DNA of 34,270 nt from an uncultured Anaerolineaceae bacterium (GTDB lineage: Bacteria > Chloroflexota > Limnocylindria > Limnocylindrales > CSP1-4). The stretch is taken from NCBI GenBank assembly GCA_964522905.1, contig CAZFXH010000279.1, positions 1 through 34,270 on the forward strand, in the 5' to 3' direction. Numbering within the stretch: position 1 is the stretch's first letter; each line of letters starts with the position of its first letter. The notes under the pieces are model-generated. The model did no database searches. It was not told the origin of the DNA and saw only the letters and a list, made by a program, of their open reading frames with translations. Both the position numbers and the translations under genes were made by a program. Shown here one piece after another: positions 16,757 through 24,489 of the stretch.

Positions 16757-17422
16757 GTGAACGACAGCGCCCAGATCCGCGTGCTCATCGTCGACGACCA
16801 TGCGGTCGTACGCACGGGGCTCAAGGTGTTTCTCGACTTGCAGCCCGACATGGAGGTCGTGGGCGAGGCCGCCGACGGCTCGGAGGGCGTGGCCATGGCA
16901 CGCCGGCTGGAGCCTGACGTCGTCCTGATGGACCTCCTGATGCCGAACATGGACGGCGTGACCGCGATCGGACGCATCAAGGGCGAGCACCCGGAGATCG
17001 AGATCGTGACCATGACCTCCTTCATCGAGGAGGAGCAGGTCACCTCCGCCCTCGAAGCCGGAGCGTCGGGCTATGTGCTCAAGGACGCCGAGGCCGAGGA
17101 GGTCGCGGCGGCCGTACGCGCGGCTCACGCCGGCGAGGTCCACCTCGATCCGGCCGTGGCTCGCCTTCTCGCCCAGCGCATGCGCGATCGCAAGTCCCCC
17201 AAGGACGAGCTGGCGGAGCCGCTGACCGAGCGCGAGAAGGACGTGCTCCGCCTGCTGGGCCAGGGGATGTCCAACAAGGAGATCGGCTCCACCCTGTTCA
17301 TCACGGAGCGGACCGCCCGGACGTACGTCTCGAACATCCTGGGCAAGCTCGGGCTGGCATCGCGGACACAGGCAGCGCTGTACGCGGTCGAGCACAAGCT
17401 CGTGGACGCCCCGGGAGTCTGA
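16757..17422 (+). CDS. NarL/FixJ-family response regulator (REC + LuxR-type HTH)
   Basis: GTG 16757. IRVLIVDDHAVVR, DVVLMDLLMPNMDG, and the HTH LTEREKDVLRLLGQGMSNKEIGSTLFITERTARTYVSNILGKLG. Confidence 0.9.
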   Translation: MNDSAQIRVLIVDDHAVVRTGLKVFLDLQPDMEVVGEAADGSEGVAMARRLEPDVVLMDLLMPNMDGVTAIGRIKGEHPEIEIVTMTSFIEEEQVTSALEAGASGYVLKDAEAEEVAAAVRAAHAGEVHLDPAVARLLAQRMRDRKSPKDELAEPLTEREKDVLRLLGQGMSNKEIGSTLFITERTARTYVSNILGKLGLASRTQAALYAVEHKLVDAPGV

Positions 17423-17428
17423 CCCCTC

Positions 17429-18700
17429 CTAGTCGACCGAGAGCACGCGGTAGGTGACTGCCCCGCGTGGGGTCTTGACTGCGACCGCGTCGCCCGCCAC
17501 CGCACCCAGCATCGCCCGCCCGACGGGCGACGCGACGGACAGCCGTCCCGACGAGGGGTCCGCCTCGGCGGTGCCCACCAGCGTGTAGGTGTCGGTCGCG
17601 CCGCCGACCTCGACGGTGACCCGTGAGCCGAGGTCCGCGCCGGCCCCGGCCGCTGGCACCACGGCGATGACCGCCGCCCGAAGCTGCGCCTCGATCGCCT
17701 GGACGCGGCCCTCCAGGAACGACTGCTCTTCGCGGGCGGAGCTGTAGTCGGCGTTCTCCTTGAGGTCGCCGAGCTCCTTGGCGGCCCGGATCCGGGCGAT
17801 GACCTGCGGCCGCTTCACCCCGGTCAGCTCCGCGAGCTCTGCCCGCAGCCGTTCGGCGCCCTCGGCGGTCAATGTCGCGGCCGGCCCGCCGGGCGTGGCC
17901 GTCGGGGGCACCTCCGGAGCCCGTGCCGCTCCGGGCGCCGACGGGCTTCCGCCGCCACCGGCACGCGAGGACGTGGGGGAGGGGGATGGCGTCGCCCGCG
18001 CCGCGCGGCGCCGCGGTTCGGGCGGCTCTCCACGGGCTCCCTCGGCATCTCCGTCCGGAAGCACGACGACCCGGGTCGGCGGTGCGGCAGGCTCGACGGG
18101 TTCGGGCAGCAGCGAGCCGGTCAGGCCGCTCGCCTTGCGCTCCCCGGTCGGGCGGCGCAGGTTGGCGAACGGCAGGACGACCTCCGAGTCGCGCAGGTCC
18201 GCGCGGTCGGTGGCCGGGACGGAGGCGGCGAAAGCGGAGAGGAGTGCGTCCTCGTACTCCTCGACGGCCTCGGTCGCGGCCCACCACACCCGGGTCGACG
18301 GCAACGCCCGCAGCGTCATGAGCCAGTGGCCCCCGGCGTACGGCCGGCGGTCGCCGAGCGTCGTGCGCCCCATGGCGGCCAGCCGCCCGCTGATCGTGGC
18401 TGGGGTCGCGCCGACGTACAGCACGGTCTGCGACGGCAACCAGAAGGAGGCGAGCCGCGCGGAGAGGGCGCGCGACGTGGGACGGGCGCCGTCCAGCAGC
18501 AAGCCGGGGACGTGCTCGAGCCACTTGCCGACGCGGGTCAGCTCGATCGGGGCGGTCGGAAGGGGTGCCGGCAGCTCCACCAGGAAGACCCCTGGCGAAC
18601 GTCCCGGGACCGGGCGCCCCCACGGCAGCGGCCCGTCGGGGAGCAGGCCGACCTCCCGCAGCAAGCCGGGAGCGGAGAGCGGCCCATCGACGTCAGGCAT
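17429..18700 (-). CDS. greA: GreA transcript-cleavage factor fused to an N-terminal domain of unknown function via a low-complexity linker
   Basis: The C-terminal ~150 aa form a complete GreA (LTAEGAERLRAELAEL..RPQVIARIRAAKELGDLKENADYSSAREEQSFLEGRVQAIEAQL; C-domain VGTAEADPSSGRLSVASPVGRAMLGAVAGDAV). They are preceded in frame, with no stop, by ~85 aa of Pro/Ala/Ser/Gly-rich linker and a ~190-aa globular region. Start ATG 18700 (alternative 18748). The ORF-track extension to 19252 is antisense to the neighbouring gene. Confidence 0.8.
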   Translation of the reverse strand: MPDVDGPLSAPGLLREVGLLPDGPLPWGRPVPGRSPGVFLVELPAPLPTAPIELTRVGKWLEHVPGLLLDGARPTSRALSARLASFWLPSQTVLYVGATPATISGRLAAMGRTTLGDRRPYAGGHWLMTLRALPSTRVWWAATEAVEEYEDALLSAFAASVPATDRADLRDSEVVLPFANLRRPTGERKASGLTGSLLPEPVEPAAPPTRVVVLPDGDAEGARGEPPEPRRRAARATPSPSPTSSRAGGGGSPSAPGAARAPEVPPTATPGGPAATLTAEGAERLRAELAELTGVKRPQVIARIRAAKELGDLKENADYSSAREEQSFLEGRVQAIEAQLRAAVIAVVPAAGAGADLGSRVTVEVGGATDTYTLVGTAEADPSSGRLSVASPVGRAMLGAVAGDAVAVKTPRGAVTYRVLSVD

Positions 18701-18709
18701 CCGGGGGAT

Positions 18710-18735
18710 GGTACCCGCGTCGGACTCGCGGTACC
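18710..18735. promoter_or_regulatory. imperfect palindrome in the 46-bp divergent intergenic region
   Basis: GGTACC(C)GCG-TCGGACT-CGCGGTACC lies between the greA-fusion start (18700) and the hydrolase start (18747). Confidence 0.3.
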
Positions 18736-18746
18736 GTGCACTGCGC

Positions 18747-20135
18747 ATGGCTGATGCTCGGCCGCGTCGGACGCGGGTCCGGCGGGCCCTCCTGATCCTC
18801 GCCACCGTCGTGGTCATGAGCCTCGCCTCGATCGCGCTCGGCCCGGTACTCACCGCGTCCCTCGTCGCCGATCCGATCGCCGCGGCGCGGCCGACCGTGC
18901 TCCCCCAGCCGTCGGTCCGGTCCGAGGGCGACGCGGGCGCGGGGCAGGCGAGTCCCGTCCCGGCGACCCCGATCCCGGCGCCCCCGCTCGCCGCTCGCCC
19001 GCCCGTCGCCACGATCGTCGTACGGCCGCCTGAGCAGGCGGGTGTCAGCGTGACGGCGGCTACGCGGAACGCCCTGCAGAAGCGTCTGGACCAGCTGCGC
19101 GAGCGGTACGGCGTGCCCGGGATCTCGGTGACGATGCTCTTCCCCGACGGCAGCTCGTGGGTCGGTGTGAGCGGTGTGTCCGATGTCGCGGCAAAGACGC
19201 CGGTGACCGCCACGACGTCCTTCGCGATCGCGAGCGTGACCAAGACGTTCACGGCCGCCCTCGTGATGGCGCTCGCTCAGGACGGCACGATCCAGCTCGA
19301 CGAGCCGGTGCGGACGTATCTGCCCGAGCAGAAGGTCAACGCCAGGATCACCGTCCGCCAGCTGCTCGACCACACCAGCGGCCTGCGCGACTACTTCTTC
19401 CACCCCGCCATCGACAAGAAGCTCCTCGCCGACCGGAGTCGCCGCTGGGAGACCGCGGACGTGCTGAAGCACGTCGGCACGGCGTACTTCAAGCCCGGCA
19501 CCGGGTGGCACTACTCGAACACGAACTACTTCGTGCTCGGGATGCTCGCCGAGCGCGTGGGCGGGGCACCGCTCGCCGACCAGGTCCGCGCCCGCTTCCT
19601 CGAGCCGCTGGGGCTGCGCCACACCTGGTACCAGCCGACCGAGGAGGCGAGCCCCGACGGCGCCCGTGGCTACCGGTTCGCGTCCGGGGCGAAGGACGCG
19701 CCCGCCATCGACCTGTCCGACGGCAGCGGATTCATGCCCTTCACCTCCGTCGTCACCGCCGCGGCGGGCGCTGGCGGCTTCGCCTCGAATTCGACCGACC
19801 TCGCCCGCTGGGCGCGCGCCCTGTATGCCGGCGCCGTGCTTTCCGAGGATTCGGTCGACGCGATGCTCGGCGACATCAGCCGCACCGAGCCGTACAAGCC
19901 CCGGGTGCCCTACGGCCTGGGTGTGCAGCGCGTCGACCTCGACGGCGCGCCGTCGCTGGGCCATTCGGGCCGCCTGCTCGGGTTCCGCTCGGCCGTGCGC
20001 TGGTTGCCCGAGGACGACATCTCCATCGCCGTGCTCACCAACCAGAGCCGCACCGATCCGGGCATCTTCGTTCGCGCCCTGCTCAGGATCGCCCGGGTCG
20101 GGACGGTCTGCGTGAACTGCACCAGCCAGCGCTGA
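18747..20135 (+). CDS. serine hydrolase of the class-C beta-lactamase / D-Ala-D-Ala carboxypeptidase fold, membrane-anchored
   Basis: N-terminal TM (ALLILATVVVMSLASIAL), a Pro-rich spacer, then SxxK (ASVTKTF), YxN (YSNTNY) and the HSG triad region (LGHSGRLLG). Confidence 0.88.
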   Translation: MADARPRRTRVRRALLILATVVVMSLASIALGPVLTASLVADPIAAARPTVLPQPSVRSEGDAGAGQASPVPATPIPAPPLAARPPVATIVVRPPEQAGVSVTAATRNALQKRLDQLRERYGVPGISVTMLFPDGSSWVGVSGVSDVAAKTPVTATTSFAIASVTKTFTAALVMALAQDGTIQLDEPVRTYLPEQKVNARITVRQLLDHTSGLRDYFFHPAIDKKLLADRSRRWETADVLKHVGTAYFKPGTGWHYSNTNYFVLGMLAERVGGAPLADQVRARFLEPLGLRHTWYQPTEEASPDGARGYRFASGAKDAPAIDLSDGSGFMPFTSVVTAAAGAGGFASNSTDLARWARALYAGAVLSEDSVDAMLGDISRTEPYKPRVPYGLGVQRVDLDGAPSLGHSGRLLGFRSAVRWLPEDDISIAVLTNQSRTDPGIFVRALLRIARVGTVCVNCTSQR

Positions 20136-20153
20136 CACCGCCCCAGCGCCGCA

Positions 20154-20173
20154 CGCACCACGCGCGTGGTGCG
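20154..20173. terminator. perfect 20-nt self-complementary element downstream of the hydrolase gene
   Basis: CGCACCACGCGCGTGGTGCG, 19 nt after the stop. It could equally be a protein-binding palindrome. Confidence 0.45.
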
Positions 20174-20268
20174 GACGGTGGGACCATCGCACCTCCAGCG
20201 GGGGTACGGACGGGTGTTGACCTGTGCGACCATGGGGCGCAGCGTGGACGGACGCTTGCGGGGGCAGC

Positions 20269-20850
20269 ATGGATATCCAGGTCGACGCCTATACGGTCGG
20301 GGGGATGGCCCACGGGACCCTCACGGGTGCCGGGCACCTGCGCGACATCATCGAGCAGACCGGTGAGCTGGCACTCCACGGCGTCCGCTGGCGACCGCTC
20401 GGCGCGATCGAGGCACAGCCAGCCGGGGACCTCACTATCGCCATCGACGACGTCCTCGTGGCCGTGGCTGACGGCGAATCGGCCATCCCCGTCCACGCCA
20501 GTTGGCACGCCCTCCGGATCGAGGTGGGCCCGTATGTCATGGAGGGCGAGCTGCCGACGCTCCCGGGCTACGACCCCGACCGTGCGCTGGCCCGACCCAA
20601 CGGTGAATTCGTGCTGTTGCGGGATCCCCGCCTCGGTCGCCTCGAGGGGACGCTCGTACCGATCGGTCGCGAAGCCCTCGTGAACCGCTACAGCGTCGAG
20701 CGGGTCGAGGCCGACATCATGCTCGGCTTCTTCTTTCCGGGTGCCGTGATGCCCGATACCAGCGAGACCGACGCGCTGGAGCGTCGCCCCGCGCCGACCC
20801 CGTCAGCGGTCGACTCGACGACCCAGGAACCCGCGCCGCGTTCCCAGTGA
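20269..20850 (+). CDS. hypothetical protein (193 aa), no family recognised
   Basis: ATG 20269 after a G-rich RBS; consistent high-GC3 frame. MDIQVDAYTVGGMAHGTLTG...NRYSVERVEADIMLGFFFPG with a disordered acidic/Pro tail. Confidence 0.6.
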   Translation: MDIQVDAYTVGGMAHGTLTGAGHLRDIIEQTGELALHGVRWRPLGAIEAQPAGDLTIAIDDVLVAVADGESAIPVHASWHALRIEVGPYVMEGELPTLPGYDPDRALARPNGEFVLLRDPRLGRLEGTLVPIGREALVNRYSVERVEADIMLGFFFPGAVMPDTSETDALERRPAPTPSAVDSTTQEPAPRSQ

Positions 20851-20878
20851 GGGACCGACGCGACCTGACGCGGTCGCC

Positions 20879-22144
20879 CTAGCGGGAGCCGCCGGTGCCT
20901 GCCCCGGTCCGCCGGCGGACCGGCTTCCGATGGGCGTGATGTTCCTGCGTGACGCGGGCGTGTCCGCTGCGCATCCCGAGCGGCCGCGGCTCGGTCTCGC
21001 GATCCGGCACGAAGCCCTCCGCCACGGTCCACGGGATCGCGTGCTTGAGCATCCGCTGGACGCCGCGCAACAGGTCCACTTCGTCGATGCAGACCAGGCT
21101 GATGGCTTCGCCCTGGGCGCCGGCGCGCCCCGTCCGGCCGATGCGGTGGATGTAGTCCTGCGGGTTCCACGGCAGTTCGAAGTTCACGACGACCGGCAAG
21201 TCCTCGATGTCGAGGCCGCGCGCGGCGACATCGGTCGCCACGAGCACCCGGATGTCCCCGGTCTTGAAGCCTTCGAGGGCCCGGGTGCGCTCGGGCTGGG
21301 ACCGGTCGCTGTGGATGGCGACCGCGTCGATGCCATCGCGGTCCAGGCGCGTAGCGAGCCGGGACGCAGCCAGCTTCGTCCGGGTGAAGACCAGGACCTG
21401 GTTGAGGTTGCCCGACCGGATGAGATACGCCAGGAGGGCCTCCTTGCGATCGCGGTCCACCGGGTACACGAGCTGGCGGATGCCCTCGACCGTGGTGTTG
21501 CGCGGAGCGACCTCGACGGTCTCCGGATCCCGCAGGATCGTGCCGGACAGGCGCCGGATGTCGTCGGAGAACGTGGCCGAGAACATCAGGTTCTGGCGGC
21601 GCTTGGGCAGTAGCTCGATGATGCGCTGGATGTCCGGCAGGAAGCCCATGTCGAGCATCCGGTCGGCCTCGTCGAGCACGAGGATCTCGACCTGGCCGAG
21701 GTTCGCGACCTTCTGGCCCACGAGATCGAGCAGTCGTCCCGGGGTCGCGACGAGGATCTCGACGCCGGCGCGGAGGGCCTTGATCTGCGGGTCCATCGGG
21801 ATCCCGCCGTAGACGACGGTCGAGCGCAACGGCACGGTCCGACCGTATGTCCTGACGCTCTCGTCGACCTGCATCGCCAGTTCGCGGGTCGGCACGAGGA
21901 TGAGCGAGCGCACGGGATGGCGGGCGGGGGAGAAGGACGTGTTCGCCTGCGGCCGCAGGCGATCGAGGATCGGGAGCGTGAACGCTGCGGTCTTGCCGGT
22001 GCCCGTCTGGGCCGCGGCGAGCACGTCACGCCCAGCGAGAACGAGGGGGATGGCGGCTGCCTGTACCGGTGTGGGTTCGGTGTAGCCTTCCTCGGCGACG
22101 GTCTTGAGTAGATCGGCCGACAGGCCGAGCGAGTCGAAGGTCAA
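20879..22144 (-). CDS. rhlE: DEAD-box ATP-dependent RNA helicase (RhlE-like)
   Basis: TTG at 22142-22144 after AGGAG gives [52 protein letters not shown], collinear with the E. coli RhlE N-terminus. Motifs DEAD, SAT and [10 protein letters not shown] are present, with a basic C-terminal tail. The 105-codon upstream ORF-track extension is rejected. Confidence 0.9.
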   Translation of the reverse strand: MTFDSLGLSADLLKTVAEEGYTEPTPVQAAAIPLVLAGRDVLAAAQTGTGKTAAFTLPILDRLRPQANTSFSPARHPVRSLILVPTRELAMQVDESVRTYGRTVPLRSTVVYGGIPMDPQIKALRAGVEILVATPGRLLDLVGQKVANLGQVEILVLDEADRMLDMGFLPDIQRIIELLPKRRQNLMFSATFSDDIRRLSGTILRDPETVEVAPRNTTVEGIRQLVYPVDRDRKEALLAYLIRSGNLNQVLVFTRTKLAASRLATRLDRDGIDAVAIHSDRSQPERTRALEGFKTGDIRVLVATDVAARGLDIEDLPVVVNFELPWNPQDYIHRIGRTGRAGAQGEAISLVCIDEVDLLRGVQRMLKHAIPWTVAEGFVPDRETEPRPLGMRSGHARVTQEHHAHRKPVRRRTGAGTGGSR

Positions 22145-22626
22145 GCGTGGCTCCTGCAGGGACCCTGGCCGTCGCGGGCGGGGCTCCGCGGGAGCGCGAC
22201 GGCGGCGACGGTCGGCGCGCGCAAGCGCGGCCGCACGAGGGCCGACCGGAGCATAGCCGAAATCGTCCGGGACGGGACCGCTCTCCCCCTGACCGAAGAC
22301 CCGGTGCGGACCCCGTACGACCGGTGTAGCGACGACGCGTCGCTTGCACTGGCATACTAGGGCGGAGCCCCCAGGCTTGCAGACACCAGACAGACAGGCA
22401 CAACAAAAGACTCGCCGCCCCCACGGCAGGACCCTGTCGATCACGTCGGGTGTCTTCACTCGACGGCCACGGTTCGGCTCACCCGAACCGCGTCAACCCC
22501 TCGCTCGCGATCACCGCGATCGAGCGGGCGTCCGTCTCTCGCGCGCGCTCGCGCCCCTGCCATGTGGCGGCCTCATCAACGTCACCGCGTCCAAACGCGG
22601 TGCTCCGGAAGAAGGAGGCAAGGATC

Positions 22627-23475
22627 TTGCCGGTACCCAAGAACGGCGCCCAGAGGGCGTCCAGCCACCGGTCACTTCGCCTGACCGCATTCGCCCTGGC
22701 GGCCGCGCTTGTCGTGGGTCTCGGTGCGATGGCGAACCCCCAGGAAACCAACGCCGCGAGCATCAAGGTCGTGGTGGTCGTCGGACCGGTCGGGTCCAAG
22801 ACCTCCGAGTACAAGAGCTCCGCCAAGTACTACGCCTCGCTCGCTCGGTCCTACGGGGCTTCCGTGAAGGAGATCTACAGCCCGTACGCGACGTGGTCCA
22901 AGGTCAAGGCTGCCGCCCAGGGCGCCAATCTGCTGATCTACCTCGGACACGGCAACGGGTATCCCAGTCCCTACGGCGCGTTCCAGCGCTACACCAAGGA
23001 CGGGTTCGGACTCAACGCCACCTCCGGCAACGGAAACTCGAACGTCAAGTACTGGGGCGAGTACTACATCGACCGCGACATCCAGATGGCGAAGAATGCG
23101 GTCGTCATCCTGAACCGACTCTGTTACGCGTCTGGCAACTCCGAGTGGGGTTCCGCCAATCCGACGAAGTCGACCGCCATCAAGCGCGTCGACAACTACG
23201 GCGCGGGGTTCCTGCGGGCAGGGGCGAAGGCCGTCTTCGCCGAGGCGATCTCGAGCGTCACGTACACGATCGGGGCCCTCTTCAGGTCCTCCCGTTCGGT
23301 CAACTCGATCTTCATGAACCATCCCGCTGCCAGCAGCGCGCGTGACTTCTACTTCACGTCTACCCGAACGACTTGGGCGCGGGCGCACCTCGATCCGCCC
23401 AGGGTCGGTAAGTACTGGCGGTCCGTCATCGGCAACCTGTCGCTGACTGCCACGCAGTGGCGCGCCGGCGGCTGA
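22627..23475 (+). CDS. secreted protein; possible clan-CD (gingipain/caspase-fold-like) cysteine peptidase
   Basis: TTG 22627 follows GAAGGAGG, with a signal peptide (LRLTAFALAAALVVGLGAMA). Alternating beta/alpha pattern has hydrophobic strands immediately before His-Gly (NLLIYLGHGNG, His codon 22948) and Cys (AVVILNRLCYASG, Cys codon 23122). The family call is inference only. Confidence 0.7.
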   Translation: MPVPKNGAQRASSHRSLRLTAFALAAALVVGLGAMANPQETNAASIKVVVVVGPVGSKTSEYKSSAKYYASLARSYGASVKEIYSPYATWSKVKAAAQGANLLIYLGHGNGYPSPYGAFQRYTKDGFGLNATSGNGNSNVKYWGEYYIDRDIQMAKNAVVILNRLCYASGNSEWGSANPTKSTAIKRVDNYGAGFLRAGAKAVFAEAISSVTYTIGALFRSSRSVNSIFMNHPAASSARDFYFTSTRTTWARAHLDPPRVGKYWRSVIGNLSLTATQWRAGG

Positions 23476-23497
23476 GTCCCCCAGGGACACGCTCACC

Positions 23498-23522
23498 GAG
23501 GCCCGGCGTCCAGCCGGGCCTC
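23498..23522 (+). terminator. GC-rich hairpin after the secreted-protein gene
   Basis: GAGGCCCGGC-GTCCA-GCCGGGCCTC, a perfect 10-bp stem 23 nt after the stop. Confidence 0.6.
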
Positions 23523-23544
23523 TCCATGTCCGCGACGCCGTACC

Positions 23545-24126
23545 ATGCAGGCCATGACTGCCACCGCGGACCGACTCTTCTTCACCGGCGATGAGGCGGC
23601 CGACCGGCTGCTCGTCGACGAGCCGTTGGCGATGCTGATCGGGTTCGCGCTCGACCAGCAGGTCACCGTCCAGAAGGCCTTCAGCGGCCCGCTCGAGCTC
23701 CAGCGCCGGGTCGGCCAACTCGATGCCACAAAGCTCGCAGCGAGCGATCCCGCGGAGCTGGACGCCGTATTCCGGAAGCCGCCCGCGCTGCATCGGTTCC
23801 CTGGATCCATGGCCGGCAAGGTCCAGCAGCTCGCCGCCGCGATCGCCACCGACTACGGCAACGACGCCGCACGCATCTGGACGGACGCCAAGGACGGCCC
23901 GGACCTCAAGCGCCGCCTGCTCGCGCTCCCCGGGATCGGCGAGATGAAGGCGACCGCGATCATCGCGATCCTGGGCAAGCGTCTCGGTCTGGCCCTTCCC
24001 GAGCTCGACGCCGTCATGCCCGCGCATCCGACGCTCGGGGATGTGGATTCGCCCGAGGCCCTGGCGTCCTACCAGGCCGGTAAGCGGGCCATGAAAACGG
24101 AGCAGCGAGCCGCCGCCAAGGGCTGA
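23545..24126 (+). CDS. HhH-GPD-superfamily base-excision-repair-like protein
   Basis: LLVDEPLAMLIGFALDQQV, FPGSMAGKVQQLA and the helix-hairpin-helix LPGIGEMKATAIIAILG. Confidence 0.75.
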   Translation: MQAMTATADRLFFTGDEAADRLLVDEPLAMLIGFALDQQVTVQKAFSGPLELQRRVGQLDATKLAASDPAELDAVFRKPPALHRFPGSMAGKVQQLAAAIATDYGNDAARIWTDAKDGPDLKRRLLALPGIGEMKATAIIAILGKRLGLALPELDAVMPAHPTLGDVDSPEALASYQAGKRAMKTEQRAAAKG

Positions 24127-24206
24127 CCGCCCGGCCATCCAGCCCGGCGGCAGGCGCGCGGAGCCGACAATGCCGCCCTGGTGCGGTCCGAGACGTCCAG
24201 CACGAA

Positions 24207-24233
24207 ACGACCCCGGCGGTTCGCCGGGGTCGT
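24207..24233. terminator. bidirectional-type hairpin between convergent genes
   Basis: ACGACCCCGGCG-GTT-CGCCGGGGTCGT, a perfect 12-bp stem. It is followed by TTTCG on the minus strand, consistent with terminating the small minus-strand gene. Confidence 0.65.
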
Positions 24234-24246
24234 CCGTCTGCGCGGG

Positions 24247-24408
24247 TTATCGCGGTTGGCCTGTCGGTACGAGCCAGGGACGGCTGTCCCGCTCGTCGAT
24301 GCCGGGTCGCGAGTCGACGCCGAAGCGGAGCGCCGCGGCCGCGAAGGCAACGAGTGGTGCGATGAAGAAGGCGGCCACAGCGAGGGCGGCCACGACCTGA
24401 TCAAACAC
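24247..24408 (-). CDS. small single-TM protein (53 aa)
   Basis: GTG 24406-24408 follows GGAAAGGAAGGG. MFDQVVAALAVAAFFIAPLVAFAAAALRFGVDSRPGIDERDSRPWLVPTGQPR has one TM followed by a RFGVDSRPG-type tail. Confidence 0.55.
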   Translation of the reverse strand: MFDQVVAALAVAAFFIAPLVAFAAAALRFGVDSRPGIDERDSRPWLVPTGQPR

Positions 24409-24459
24409 GTCTTTCGCCCTTCCTTTCCGGTCCAATCACGTCGACTCAAACCCGGCGTA

Positions 24460-24489
24460 TTGACATTGGACTGGTGATGTGTGCATCAT
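24460..24489 (+). promoter_or_regulatory. candidate promoter of the MocR gene (TTGACA-N18-CATCAT), possibly giving a leaderless or near-leaderless mRNA
   Basis: Perfect -35 TTGACA (24460-24465) and a -10-like CATCAT (24484-24489). In-frame ATGs sit at 24488 and 24497. The inverted repeat GTCCAAT (24430-24436) / ATTGGAC (24465-24471) overlaps the -35. Confidence 0.4.

Noticed and set aside
18701-19252. Upstream extension of the GreA-fusion ORF to 607 aa
   Set aside because: That part is antisense to the well-supported beta-lactamase-fold gene and lacks protein-like features. The Met at 18700 (or 18748) precedes the globular region.
22381-22398. GACAGAC-rich tract as a second binding site for the WYL regulator
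   Set aside because: It shares only a short word with the 31144-31164 palindrome and has no dyad symmetry. That is too little to claim a common operator.
22145-22459. 105-codon N-terminal extension of the DEAD-box helicase ORF
   Set aside because: The extension is Cys/Arg/Pro-rich with no helicase similarity. A TTG with an AGGAG RBS yields MTFDSLGL, matching the canonical RhlE N-terminus.
22471-22489. GGTTCGG...CCGAACC hairpin as a possible tRNA T-arm
   Set aside because: No acceptor, D or anticodon arms can be built around it, and the loop is 5 nt rather than the 7-nt T-loop with the TTCRA consensus.
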